In this document: piece after piece, positions 29,634 through 38,575 of the stretch
How the letters are laid out: each line of letters begins with the position of its first letter
How positions within the stretch are numbered: position 1 is the stretch's first letter
Assembly: GCA_036381895.1 (NCBI GenBank)
Contig: DASVBY010000045.1
Location: forward strand, 1,981 to 65,980
Source of the DNA: Burkholderiales bacterium
GTDB taxonomy: Bacteria; Pseudomonadota; Gammaproteobacteria; Acidiferrobacterales; Sulfurifustaceae
Direction of reading: 5' to 3'
Length of the DNA: 64,000 nucleotides
Translations under genes and position numbers: made by a program
The notes under the pieces: model-generated
What the model saw: only the letters and a program-made list of their open reading frames with translations
What the model was told of the DNA's origin: nothing
The model's database searches: none

Positions 29634-30494
29634 ATGGCAGAGGAAAAGCAGGAAACACCGCGCCGCGGCGTGCGGCGCGGACCGGCAGAAGTCGTTCAGA
29701 CGACGGTCGCCAGCGTCGCCGAAATCCCCGAGCGCGAGCGGCCGACGCGGGAAACGGCGGCACCCGAGCGCGCGCTGCGCACGGGCGGCGGCCCGCCGAC
29801 CAATATCGGCACCACCGAGCGGACCCTTTCCATGGTCGGAGGCGGGCTGCTCGTGGTGCAAGGCTTGCGGCGGCGCTCGTGGCTCACGGCGCTTCCCTTG
29901 ATAGGACTCGGGGGTGCGCTCGCCTGGCGCGGCGCGACCGGCCGTTCCAAGGTCTATCGCCGCATGGGCGTGCGCCGAGCGGAAGAACCGGTGACGCTTG
30001 CGCAGACAGTCACGGTCAATCGCCCGCCCGAGGACGTTTACCGCTTCTGGCGTCAGCTCGAGAACCTGCCGAAATTCATGCGCCATATCGCGCGGGCGGA
30101 GCAGCTGAGCGCGACGCGCTCACGCTGGAGCGTGCAGGCAGGGGTGCTCGGGCGGGCGGTCGAGTGGGAATCGGAGATCGTCGAGGACCGGCCGAACGAG
30201 CTCATCCGCTGGCGCACGCTCCCCGACGGTGCCGTGCAGCACAGCGGCGAAGTGCGCTTCGTGCCCGCGCCGGGCAATCGCGGGACGGAGGTGCACGTGC
30301 GCATCGAATACCGGCCGGCGTACGGCACGGCCATCGCGGCACTCACCTATCCGATGAACAAGCAGACGCTGCGCGAGGAGGTCCGGCGGCTGAAGCAGGT
30401 GCTCGAAGCCGGGGAGGTTCCGACGGTGAAAGGGCAGCCGTCCGGACGACGGGCGCGGCGCATGTGGCACGCGGCGCCGGGGGGTGCGCCATGA
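29634..30494 (+). CDS. SRPBCC (cyclase/dehydrase) family protein with N-terminal YgaP-like (DUF2892) membrane segment
   Basis: Transmembrane pair ([34 protein letters not shown]) followed by the polyketide-cyclase/START-like [30 protein letters not shown] lies 6 nt upstream of ATG 29634; ATG 29628 is an alternative. Confidence 0.7.
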   Translation: MAEEKQETPRRGVRRGPAEVVQTTVASVAEIPERERPTRETAAPERALRTGGGPPTNIGTTERTLSMVGGGLLVVQGLRRRSWLTALPLIGLGGALAWRGATGRSKVYRRMGVRRAEEPVTLAQTVTVNRPPEDVYRFWRQLENLPKFMRHIARAEQLSATRSRWSVQAGVLGRAVEWESEIVEDRPNELIRWRTLPDGAVQHSGEVRFVPAPGNRGTEVHVRIEYRPAYGTAIAALTYPMNKQTLREEVRRLKQVLEAGEVPTVKGQPSGRRARRMWHAAPGGAP

Positions 30495-31675
30495 AGGCGG
30501 TGTGCTGGATGGCGCCGGGGCGCGTTTCGGTGGAGCAGGTGCCGGATCCGCGGATCCTCAATCGGCGCGACGCGATCGTGAAAGTGAGCGCGACGGCGAT
30601 CTGCGGCTCGGACCTGCATCTCTACGACGGCTACATCCCGGGCATGAAGGCCGGCGATATTCTCGGACACGAGTTCATGGGCGAGGTGGTCGAGGTCGGG
30701 CCCGAGGTCACCAAGCTCAAGGTCGGCGATCGCGTCGTCGTGCCGTTCACGATCTCCTGCGGCCGCTGCCACTATTGCGAGCACGGAGAGGCGTCGCTGT
30801 GCGACAACTCCAACCCGAACGCCTGGATGGTCGAGAAGCTGTTCGGCTATTCGGGCGGCGGCTATTACGGCTACTCGCACCTGTTCGGCGGCTATGCGGG
30901 CGGGCAGGCCGAGTACGTGCGCGTTCCCTTCGCGGATTCGGGGCCGCTCAAGCTCCCGGAGGGGCTGCGCGACGAGCAGGCGCTGTTCCTCTCGGACGTC
31001 TTCCCGACCGGCTATCAGGCGGCGCAGAGCTGCGACATCGCGCCGGGCGACGTGGTCGCGGTGTGGGGCTGCGGACCGGTCGGGCAGTTCGCCGTGAAGA
31101 GCGCCCTCATGCTCGGCGCCGAGCGCGTCATCGCGATCGACCGGGTGCCGGAGCGGCTCGAGATGGTGAAGCGCCACGCCGACGGCCGCACGCACACGGT
31201 CGATTATGCGGATGAGAGCGTGTTCGAGGCCGTGCGCGAGCTGACCGGCGGGCGCGGCGCGGATGCGTGCATCGACGCGGTCGGCATGGAGGCGCACGGC
31301 TTCGGGCTCGCCGGCTGGTACGATCGCCTCAAGCAGGCCGTCAGGCTCGAGACCGACCGGCCGACCGCCCTGCGCGAGGCGATCATGAGCTGCGGCAAGG
31401 GCGGGACCGTTTCGGTGCCCGGCGTTTACGGCGGCGTTTTCGACAAGATGCCGTTCGGCGCCGCGTTCGGCAAAGCGCTCACCTTCAAGACCGGCCAGAC
31501 GAACGTGCCGACGCTGACGCCGAAGCTCCTGGAGCGGGTGCAGCAGGGCGAGATCGATCCGTCGTTCGTGATCACGCACTGCATGCGGCTCGAGCAGACG
31601 CCCGAAGCCTACCGCCTGTTCCGCGACAAGCAGGACGGCTGCATCAAGGTGGTGCTGCATCCGGCGGGCGCCTGA
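30491..31675 (+). CDS. zinc-dependent alcohol/formaldehyde dehydrogenase (glutathione-independent FDH-like MDR)
   Basis: Zn ligand motifs [14 protein letters not shown] and CGRCHYCE, Rossmann motif VWGCGPVG, and the [21 protein letters not shown] insert typical of FDH-like enzymes. The ATG overlaps the previous stop (ATGA). Confidence 0.85.
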   Translation: MKAVCWMAPGRVSVEQVPDPRILNRRDAIVKVSATAICGSDLHLYDGYIPGMKAGDILGHEFMGEVVEVGPEVTKLKVGDRVVVPFTISCGRCHYCEHGEASLCDNSNPNAWMVEKLFGYSGGGYYGYSHLFGGYAGGQAEYVRVPFADSGPLKLPEGLRDEQALFLSDVFPTGYQAAQSCDIAPGDVVAVWGCGPVGQFAVKSALMLGAERVIAIDRVPERLEMVKRHADGRTHTVDYADESVFEAVRELTGGRGADACIDAVGMEAHGFGLAGWYDRLKQAVRLETDRPTALREAIMSCGKGGTVSVPGVYGGVFDKMPFGAAFGKALTFKTGQTNVPTLTPKLLERVQQGEIDPSFVITHCMRLEQTPEAYRLFRDKQDGCIKVVLHPAGA

Positions 31676-31708
31676 CGGCGTCGCCGTGGGGCGTGCGCAC
31701 GGGCGGGT

Positions 31709-32575
31709 CTAGGCGACGAGCAGGCTGCCGAGGTCGCAGGCGGCGGCGCGCAGGTGCGGCAGGATGCGGGTTTCCATCTCGCGTACGCTCACGCGCGCCG
31801 CCTGCGCACCGACATTCATCGCCGATACCACGTTGCCGTGCACGTCCTTGACCGGCACCGCGATCGAGCGCAGGCCGAGCTCGAGCTCCTGGTCTACGAT
31901 CGAGTAGCCGTTGACGCGCACGTCGTCGAGGATCTGCGCGAGCTTCTCGCGGGAAGTCACCGTGCGCTCGGTGTACGGGCGGAGCTTGACGCGCGCGAGG
32001 TACGCCTCGAGCTCGGTTGGCGCGAGATGCGCGAGCAGCACGCGGCCCATGGAGCTGCAATACGCCGGGAGGCGGCTCCCGATGCGCAAGTCCACCGACA
32101 TGATGCGCGTCGTCTTCTTCGAGCGCGCGACGTAGAGAATGTCCTCGTCGTCGAGGATCGCCATGGAGCACGATTCGTGCACCAGTTCGTTGACCTGATC
32201 GAGAAACGGCTGGGCCGAGAGCACGAGCGGCGTCGAGGACAGATAGGCGTGCCCGAGCGTCAGGACCTTCGGCTGCAGGGCGAAGTGGCGATCGTTCGCC
32301 GTCACGTAACCGAGCTTCGCGAGCGTGTACAGGCAGCGGCGCACGGCGGCGCGCGGGATCCCGGTCTTGTGGCTCAGCTGCGCGATCGTCTGGCTCTGCG
32401 GGCTCTGCGAGAACGCGCGGATCACGGCGAGTCCGCGCGCGAGCGAGGCCATGAAGTTCGGATCGCCCGGATAGGCCGGCGCGGCGCTCGCCGGCGGCTC
32501 CGTGGGCGCCGATCGAGGCTTCGTCTCGCCGCGACTCCCATTCTTGCGCCTGCCGCGCGCGACGACCGTTGCCAT
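31709..32575 (-). CDS. pcaR: IclR-family regulator of the beta-ketoadipate pathway (PcaR/PcaU-like)
   Basis: YPGDPNFMASLARGLAVIRAF...IPRAAVRRCLYTLAKLGYV matches the PcaR/PobR subgroup. It is divergent from pcaIJ. Confidence 0.8.
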   Translation of the reverse strand: MATVVARGRRKNGSRGETKPRSAPTEPPASAAPAYPGDPNFMASLARGLAVIRAFSQSPQSQTIAQLSHKTGIPRAAVRRCLYTLAKLGYVTANDRHFALQPKVLTLGHAYLSSTPLVLSAQPFLDQVNELVHESCSMAILDDEDILYVARSKKTTRIMSVDLRIGSRLPAYCSSMGRVLLAHLAPTELEAYLARVKLRPYTERTVTSREKLAQILDDVRVNGYSIVDQELELGLRSIAVPVKDVHGNVVSAMNVGAQAARVSVREMETRILPHLRAAACDLGSLLVA

Positions 32576-32608
32576 TCGCTTCTCCCGCGTAGTCTTTACT
32601 GCAGACGA

Positions 32609-32638
32609 GCGATAACCGCACGAACCGCGGATAATCGC
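32609..32638. promoter_or_regulatory. imperfect inverted repeat GCGATAACCGC-N7-GCGGATAATCGC, candidate PcaR operator
   Basis: Read directly in the pcaR-pcaI intergenic region. The half-sites differ by one indel. It resembles the CGATAA-type repeats I recall for PcaR/PcaU sites. Confidence 0.35.
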
Positions 32639-32807
32639 CCTTGTAAGGCGCACGTTTATACCAAATAATTCGAGCGTCCGTGCAGGGCGTGGCGCGCAAG
32701 GCGCTGCGCGCCGCCGGGCGGCGCCGTAACGGCGCACACGGCAACAGACCGCAGGCCGCGCGCGGTGCCGCGCCCGCGGCGGCGCATCCCACCGGAGAAG
32801 CGTGTAA

Positions 32808-33671
32808 ATGGCGGAGCTTACGTCGTTGCGCGACGCGATCGCCTCGCTCATCCACGACGGCGATACCGTCGCGATGGAAGGTTTCACCCACCTGATTCCG
32901 TTCGCCGCGGGCTACGAGGTCATAAGACAGCAGCGCAGGAACCTCACGCTCGTGCGCATGACGCCGGACCTCATCTACGACCAGCTGATCGGCGCGGGCT
33001 GCGCGCGCAAGCTTGTGTTCTCGTGGGGCGGCAATCCGGGCGTCGGCTCGCTGCACCGGCTGCGCGACGCGGTCGAGAAGGGCTGGCCGCACCCGCTCGA
33101 GATCGAGGAGCACAGCCACGCGGCGCTCGCGAACGCCTACGTCGCGGGCGCGTCCAATCTTCCCTTCGCGGTCTTCCGGGGCTACACCGGCTCCGATCTG
33201 CCCAAGTACAACGACCGCATCCGCTTCATCCGCTGCCCGTTCACCGGGGAGGAACTTGCGGCCGTTCCTTCGGTGCGGCCGGACGTGGCCGTGATTCACG
33301 CGCAGAAGGCCGACCGCAAGGGCAACGTGCTGCTCTGGGGGATCCTCGGAGTGCAGAAGGAAGCCGTGCTCGCGGCGAAGCGGGCGATCGTGACGGTCGA
33401 GGAGATCGTCGACGATCTCGGCGCCGCGCCGAACGCGTGCATCCTGCCGTCGTGGGTCGTGACCGCGGTGTGCCACGTGCCCGGCGGCGCGCAGCCGTCG
33501 TATGCGATGGGCTACTACGAACGCGACAACCGCTTCTACCAGGAGTGGGACGGGATCGCGCGTACGCGCGAGAGCTTCCAGGCGTGGATCAAGCGCCACG
33601 TGCTCGATACCGAGGATTTCGAAGCGTTCAAGCGCGTGCTCCGCGAGTCGGCGCGCCGGGAGGTGGCCTGA
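32808..33671 (+). CDS. pcaI: 3-oxoadipate:succinyl-CoA transferase subunit A (family I CoA-transferase, GctA-like architecture)
   Basis: MAELTSLRDAIASLIHDGDTVAMEGFT aligns with glutaconate CoA-transferase A-type subunits. The substrate assignment comes from pca context. Confidence 0.75.
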   Translation: MAELTSLRDAIASLIHDGDTVAMEGFTHLIPFAAGYEVIRQQRRNLTLVRMTPDLIYDQLIGAGCARKLVFSWGGNPGVGSLHRLRDAVEKGWPHPLEIEEHSHAALANAYVAGASNLPFAVFRGYTGSDLPKYNDRIRFIRCPFTGEELAAVPSVRPDVAVIHAQKADRKGNVLLWGILGVQKEAVLAAKRAIVTVEEIVDDLGAAPNACILPSWVVTAVCHVPGGAQPSYAMGYYERDNRFYQEWDGIARTRESFQAWIKRHVLDTEDFEAFKRVLRESARREVA

Positions 33672-34447
33672 TGAACGCTCCTGCCTTCACGACCGAAGAG
33701 GTCATGACGGTCGCGGCCGCGCGCATGCTGAAGAACGGCGCGGTGTGCTTCGTCGGCATCGGCCTGCCGTCGACCGCCGCGAATCTCGCGCGCCTGACGC
33801 ACGCGCCCGATCTCGTGCTCATCTACGAGTCCGGGCCGATCGGTGCGAAGCCGCACGTGCTGCCGCTGTCGATCGGCGACGGCAACCTGGCCGAGACCGC
33901 CGACACGGTGGTGTCCACGCCCGAGATCTTCCAGTACTGGCTCCAGGGCGGGCGCATCGGGATCGGATTCCTCGGCGCAGCGCAGATCGACCGCTACGCC
34001 AACATCAACACGACGGTGATCGGCGACTATCGCAAGCCGAAGACGCGGCTGCCGGGTGCCGGCGGAGCGCCCGAGATCGCCGCCTGTGCGGGCGAGATCT
34101 TCATCATCCTGCGGCAGTCGAAGCGCGCCTTCGTCGAGAAGCTCGACTTCATCACCTCGGTCGGACACCTCGACGGGGGCGATGCGCGCCGCCGGCTGGG
34201 CCTGCCCGGCAAAGGACCGGCGGCGGTGATCACGGATCTCTGCATACTCGAGCCCGACGCCGAGACCAGGGAGCTCGTCGTGACGCACCTGCATCCGGGC
34301 ATCACGCGCGAGCAGGTGCAGGAGGCGACCGGCTGGCCGGTTCGCTTCGCGGCCGAGGTGCGCGAGACCGGCGCACCGACCGCGACCGAGCTCGAAGCGC
34401 TGCGCGACGTGCAGCGCCGCACGGCCGAAGCGCACGGCCGTGCCTGA
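33671..34447 (+). CDS. pcaJ: 3-oxoadipate:succinyl-CoA transferase subunit B (GctB-like)
   Basis: Carries the catalytic Glu motif LIYESGPIG. The ATG overlaps the pcaI stop (TGATG). Confidence 0.75.
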   Translation: MNAPAFTTEEVMTVAAARMLKNGAVCFVGIGLPSTAANLARLTHAPDLVLIYESGPIGAKPHVLPLSIGDGNLAETADTVVSTPEIFQYWLQGGRIGIGFLGAAQIDRYANINTTVIGDYRKPKTRLPGAGGAPEIAACAGEIFIILRQSKRAFVEKLDFITSVGHLDGGDARRRLGLPGKGPAAVITDLCILEPDAETRELVVTHLHPGITREQVQEATGWPVRFAAEVRETGAPTATELEALRDVQRRTAEAHGRA

Positions 34448-34471
34448 GCCGGCGATCCGGGCCCAGTCGGT

Positions 34472-34497
34472 GCCCGGCTCCGGTCGCGGAGCCGGGC
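34472..34497 (+). terminator. perfect 11-bp GC hairpin (GCCCGGCTCCG-gtcg-CGGAGCCGGGC) after pcaJ
   Basis: Read directly, 25 nt after the pcaJ stop, inside a 279-bp non-coding gap before pcaB. No U-tract follows, so function (terminator, attenuator or mRNA stabiliser) is inferred. Confidence 0.35.
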
Positions 34498-34726
34498 CGG
34501 CGCCCGGAGCGCCGATCGAGATTTTCCAAACGGACGCGCATGGCAGGTACGCGCCGACGGACGTTCGGCTGAGGACTGCCAGGCGCCCGCGGGCGGGAAG
34601 TGCGTCGGGCGGGATGTTATCCTCCAAGGCGGGTACGAAACGCCGTTCCTCGACCATCGACGCGCACGCCCCGAGCCCGCCGACCCGATCGCGGCGCGCG
34701 GCATTGCCGGCGCCAGGGTGTTTGCT

Positions 34727-36103
34727 ATGAGCGAACCGTCATCGCGCTCGCGGCGGCTGCTCGATCCGCTCCTCACGACCAAAGCCATGCGCGCCGTGTT
34801 CAGCGACCACGGCCGCCTTCAGGCCATGCTCGACTTCGAGGCCGCGCTCGCGCGCGCGGAAGCGGCGGTGGGCGTCGTTCCGGAGACCGCGGCGGCTGCG
34901 ATCGCCGCGCAGTGCGGCGCCGAACTCTACGACATCGACGCGCTCGCCGCCCGCGCGGCAGCCGCCGGCAATCTCGCGATTCCTCTGGTGCAGGAGCTCA
35001 CTGCGCGCGTGGCGCAGCGCGACGCACAGGCGGCCGGCTTCGTCCACTGGGGCGCGACGAGTCAGGACGTGATCGATACGGGCCTGGTGCTGCAGCTGCG
35101 GGCGGCGTGCGATCTGATCGAAGCCGACGTCGAAGCGCTCGCCGCCGCGCTCGCGCGCCTCGCCGCCGCGCACGCGCGTACGCCGCTCGCCGCGCGTACG
35201 CTGCTGCAGCACGCGCTGCCGACGACGTTCGGTCTCAAGCTCGCCGGGTGGCTCGATGCGCTCGAGCGCGACCGCGCGCGCCTGCGCGCGGCGCGCGGGC
35301 GGATGCTGGTGCTGCAGTTCGGCGGCGCTGCGGGCACGCTGGCCGCGCTCGGCGAGCACGGGCCCGCGGTGGCGGCGGCGCTCGCGCGCGAGCTCGGGCT
35401 CGCCTGTCCGGCGCTGCCGTGGCACACGCACCGCGACCGCCTGGCGGAGGCGGCCACGACGCTGGGGCTGCTCGCCGGCACCCTCGGCAAGATCGGCCGC
35501 GACGTCACGCTGCTCATGCAGACCGAAGTGGCCGAGGCGCTCGAACCGTCGGCGCCGGGGCGCGGCGGCTCTTCGACGCTTCCGCACAAGCGCAATCCCG
35601 TCGGCAGCCTGGTCGCGGCGGCGGCGGCGCTGCGCGTGCCGCACCTCGTAGCCACGATGCTCGCCGCCATGGTGCAGGAGCACGAGCGCGCCGCAGGGGC
35701 ATGGCACGCCGAATGGGAAGTGCTGCCGGAGATCTGCGCGCTCACGGCCGGCGCGGCGGCGCAGCTGCGCCAGGTGATCGAGGGGCTCGAAATCGATCCC
35801 GCGCGCATGCGCGCGAATCTCGAGCAGACGCGCGGACTGATCATGGCCGAAGCGGTCACCATGGCGCTCGCGCGCACGCTCGGCCGCGACGCCGCGCACC
35901 GGCTCGTGGAGGCGGCGAGCCGCCGCGCGGCGGCCGAAGGCCGGCACCTGCGCGACGTGCTCGCGGCCGACGCCGAGGCGGCGCGCCATCTCGCCGCGGC
36001 CGATCTCGATCGACTGTTCGATCCGTCGAGCTATATCGGATCCGCGGAGCAGATGGTCGAGCGCGTGCTCGGCGAGTGGTCGGACGCGGGCGGCCGGAAG
36101 TAA
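34727..36103 (+). CDS. pcaB: 3-carboxy-cis,cis-muconate cycloisomerase
   Basis: Fumarate-lyase superfamily with GATSQDVIDTG and the GSSTLPHKRNP signature loop, in pca context. GTG 34718 is an alternative start. Confidence 0.85.
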   Translation: MSEPSSRSRRLLDPLLTTKAMRAVFSDHGRLQAMLDFEAALARAEAAVGVVPETAAAAIAAQCGAELYDIDALAARAAAAGNLAIPLVQELTARVAQRDAQAAGFVHWGATSQDVIDTGLVLQLRAACDLIEADVEALAAALARLAAAHARTPLAARTLLQHALPTTFGLKLAGWLDALERDRARLRAARGRMLVLQFGGAAGTLAALGEHGPAVAAALARELGLACPALPWHTHRDRLAEAATTLGLLAGTLGKIGRDVTLLMQTEVAEALEPSAPGRGGSSTLPHKRNPVGSLVAAAAALRVPHLVATMLAAMVQEHERAAGAWHAEWEVLPEICALTAGAAAQLRQVIEGLEIDPARMRANLEQTRGLIMAEAVTMALARTLGRDAAHRLVEAASRRAAAEGRHLRDVLAADAEAARHLAAADLDRLFDPSSYIGSAEQMVERVLGEWSDAGGRK

Positions 36104-36169
36104 AGCACATCGACGGCGCGACTCGGGCGCTGCCGACGGTTCGTTTGTCATCGTTCTCGGGAGGGTGGC

Positions 36170-36955
36170 ATGGCTTTCGTTGATCTAGGGGGCGAGCGCT
36201 TCCGCTACGAGCTCGACGGCCCGCGCGATGCGCCGGCGCTCGTGCTCTCCAATTCGCTCGGCACGGACTTGTCCATGTGGGAGCCGCAGCTCGCGGCGTT
36301 CACGCCGCGGCTGCGCGTGCTCCGCTACGACCAGCGCGGGCACGGCGAGTCCGCGGCCACGCCGGGCCCGTACCGCATGGAGCAGCTCGGGCGCGACGTG
36401 CTGCGGCTGCTCGATGCGCTCGGGATCGAGCGCGCGAGCTTCTGCGGCATCTCCATGGGCGGCGCCACCGGCATGTGGCTCGGCGTACACGCGCCCGAGC
36501 GCTTCGACAAGCTGGTGTTGTGCAATACCGGCGCGCACATCGGGACGGCCGAGCTCTGGAACGCGCGCATCGCGGCGCTGCGCCAGGGCGGCACCGCCGG
36601 CATCGCGCACGGGCTGATGGAGCGCTGGTTCACGCCGGCGTTCCGGGCGCGCGAGCCGCAGACGGTGGAGCGCATGCGGCGCATCGTCGAGCGCACGTCG
36701 ACCGAAGGGTACATCGCCTGCTGCGAGGCGATCCGCGATCACGACGAGCGCGAGACCGTGAGCCGCATACGCATGCCGACGCTCGTCATCGCCGGCACCC
36801 GGGACGTGGCGACGCCGCCCGCCGACGGGCGGTTCCTGGCCGAGCGCATCCCCGGGGCGCGCTACCTCGAGCTCGACGTCGCGCACCTCTCGAACATCGA
36901 GATGCCGCGCGAATTCAACGACGCGGTGCTGCGGTTCCTGACGGCGGAGGGCTGA
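36170..36955 (+). CDS. pcaD: 3-oxoadipate enol-lactonase
   Basis: Alpha/beta hydrolase with LVLSNSLGTDLSMWEPQ and the nucleophile motif GISMGG, located next to pcaC. Confidence 0.85.
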   Translation: MAFVDLGGERFRYELDGPRDAPALVLSNSLGTDLSMWEPQLAAFTPRLRVLRYDQRGHGESAATPGPYRMEQLGRDVLRLLDALGIERASFCGISMGGATGMWLGVHAPERFDKLVLCNTGAHIGTAELWNARIAALRQGGTAGIAHGLMERWFTPAFRAREPQTVERMRRIVERTSTEGYIACCEAIRDHDERETVSRIRMPTLVIAGTRDVATPPADGRFLAERIPGARYLELDVAHLSNIEMPREFNDAVLRFLTAEG

Positions 36956-36956
36956 C

Positions 36957-37352
36957 ATGGACGACCGCGAACGCCACGAACAGGGCATGAAGGTGCGCCG
37001 CGCGGTGCTCGGCGATGCGCACGTCGACCGTACGCTCGAGCGGCGCAGCGCGTTCAACGAGGAGTTTCAGGACCTCATCACGCGCTACGCCTGGGGAGAA
37101 ATCTGGACGCGCCCGGGACTGCCGCGCAAGACGCGCAGCCTGCTCACGCTGGTGATGCTGGTGGCGCTGAATCGCGGGGAGGAGCTGCGCCTGCACACGC
37201 GCGGCGCGCTCAATAACGGCGTTACCCGCGAGGAGATCAAGGAGGCGCTGCTGCAGGCGGCGATCTACTGCGGGGTGCCCGCGGCCAATTCGGCCTTCCA
37301 CATCGTCGAGCAGGCACTCGCGGAGATCGACGCGGCCGGGAAAGCGCCGTAA
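36957..37352 (+). CDS. pcaC: 4-carboxymuconolactone decarboxylase
   Basis: AhpD-like/CMD family: ITRYAWGEIWTRPGL..KTRSLLTLVML..EELRLHTRGALNNGVT..EIKEALLQAAIYCGVPAA. Confidence 0.85.
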   Translation: MDDRERHEQGMKVRRAVLGDAHVDRTLERRSAFNEEFQDLITRYAWGEIWTRPGLPRKTRSLLTLVMLVALNRGEELRLHTRGALNNGVTREEIKEALLQAAIYCGVPAANSAFHIVEQALAEIDAAGKAP

Positions 37353-37510
37353 GCGGCCGGCCCAGGCAAACGGCCCTCGGGCGCGCGGTGCAGCGCTGCC
37401 GCCCGCCCGGCATAATGGTCGGCCCGCTCCCGAGCGCCGGCGCGCCGTGGGTGCCTGCCGTCGGCGTCGACCCGGCGGAAACCGCGGGCGCGGGTCAAGG
37501 ACAAGGACGC

Positions 37511-38575
37511 ATGGAATCGCGCCTGCCGCCCGACCGCTCGCAGGACCGGGTACTCACGCATCGCTCGCTCCTCATGACCGGCGTGTTCGCGTCGGTCGTC
37601 ATCCTGCTCGTTCTCGTCTGGTACCTGATCGACGTGCTGGTGCTCGCATTCGCCGCGGCGCTGCTGGCGCTCGTGGTGCGCACCCCGGCCGACTGGCTGA
37701 GCAGCCGGACCGGACTGCCGGTCGGCTGGTCGCTCGCCGTCGTCTTGGTGGCCTTCGCGGCGCTGTTCGTCGCCGGCGGCATCGCGTTCGGCACCACGAT
37801 GGCGGCGCAGATGACGCAGTTGACGCAGAAGCTGCCGGAGATCATCCGCTCGCTCACCCGGCAGTTCGAAGGGTACGCGTGGGTCTTCAGCGAGATCGAT
37901 CTGCGCCAGCTCCTCACCGGCGGCGCCGATTTCCTCGGGCGCGGCTTCCGGCTGCTCTCGAGCACGTTCGGCGCCGTCGCCGCGTTCGGCATCGTCGTGC
38001 TGATGGGGATCTTCTTCGCGATCCAGCCGAAGCTCTACATCGACGGGCTGGTGCAGCTGTTCGCGGTGCACAAGCGCAATCGCATCCGCGAGGTGCTTCA
38101 GGCGATCGGGCGGATCCTGCGCTGGTGGCTGCTCGGACAGCTCACGCTCATGCTCGCGGTGGGCGTCATGAGCGGAGTGGGGCTGTGGCTCATCGGCGTA
38201 CCGTTCGCGCTCGTGCTCGGCGTGCTGTCCGGGCTGCTCAACTTCGTGCCGTACCTCGGACCGATCTTCGCCACCATTCCGGCGGTGCTGGTCGCGCTCT
38301 CGGAGAGTCCGACGCTCGCGGCGTACACGCTGCTGCTCTACGTCTTCGTCCAGGTGATCGAAGGCAACCTGCTCGAGCCGATCGTGCAGCAGCGCGCGGT
38401 TTACCTCGCGCCGGCGCTGGTGCTGTTGGCGCAGATCGTCCTCGGCATCCTCATCGGCCTTCCCGGCGTGATGCTCGCGACCCCGCTCGCCGCTGCCGGC
38501 ATGGTGGCGGTGAAGATGCTCTACATCGAGGACGTGCTCGGCGCCAAGGCGCGGCTGCCGCAGCACGCCGACTAA
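37511..38575 (+). CDS. AI-2E family transporter (PerM/UPF0118)
   Basis: Polytopic membrane protein with the characteristic GLLNFVPYLGPIFATIPAVLVAL and VIEGNLLEPIVQ motifs. Confidence 0.8.
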   Translation: MESRLPPDRSQDRVLTHRSLLMTGVFASVVILLVLVWYLIDVLVLAFAAALLALVVRTPADWLSSRTGLPVGWSLAVVLVAFAALFVAGGIAFGTTMAAQMTQLTQKLPEIIRSLTRQFEGYAWVFSEIDLRQLLTGGADFLGRGFRLLSSTFGAVAAFGIVVLMGIFFAIQPKLYIDGLVQLFAVHKRNRIREVLQAIGRILRWWLLGQLTLMLAVGVMSGVGLWLIGVPFALVLGVLSGLLNFVPYLGPIFATIPAVLVALSESPTLAAYTLLLYVFVQVIEGNLLEPIVQQRAVYLAPALVLLAQIVLGILIGLPGVMLATPLAAAGMVAVKMLYIEDVLGAKARLPQHAD

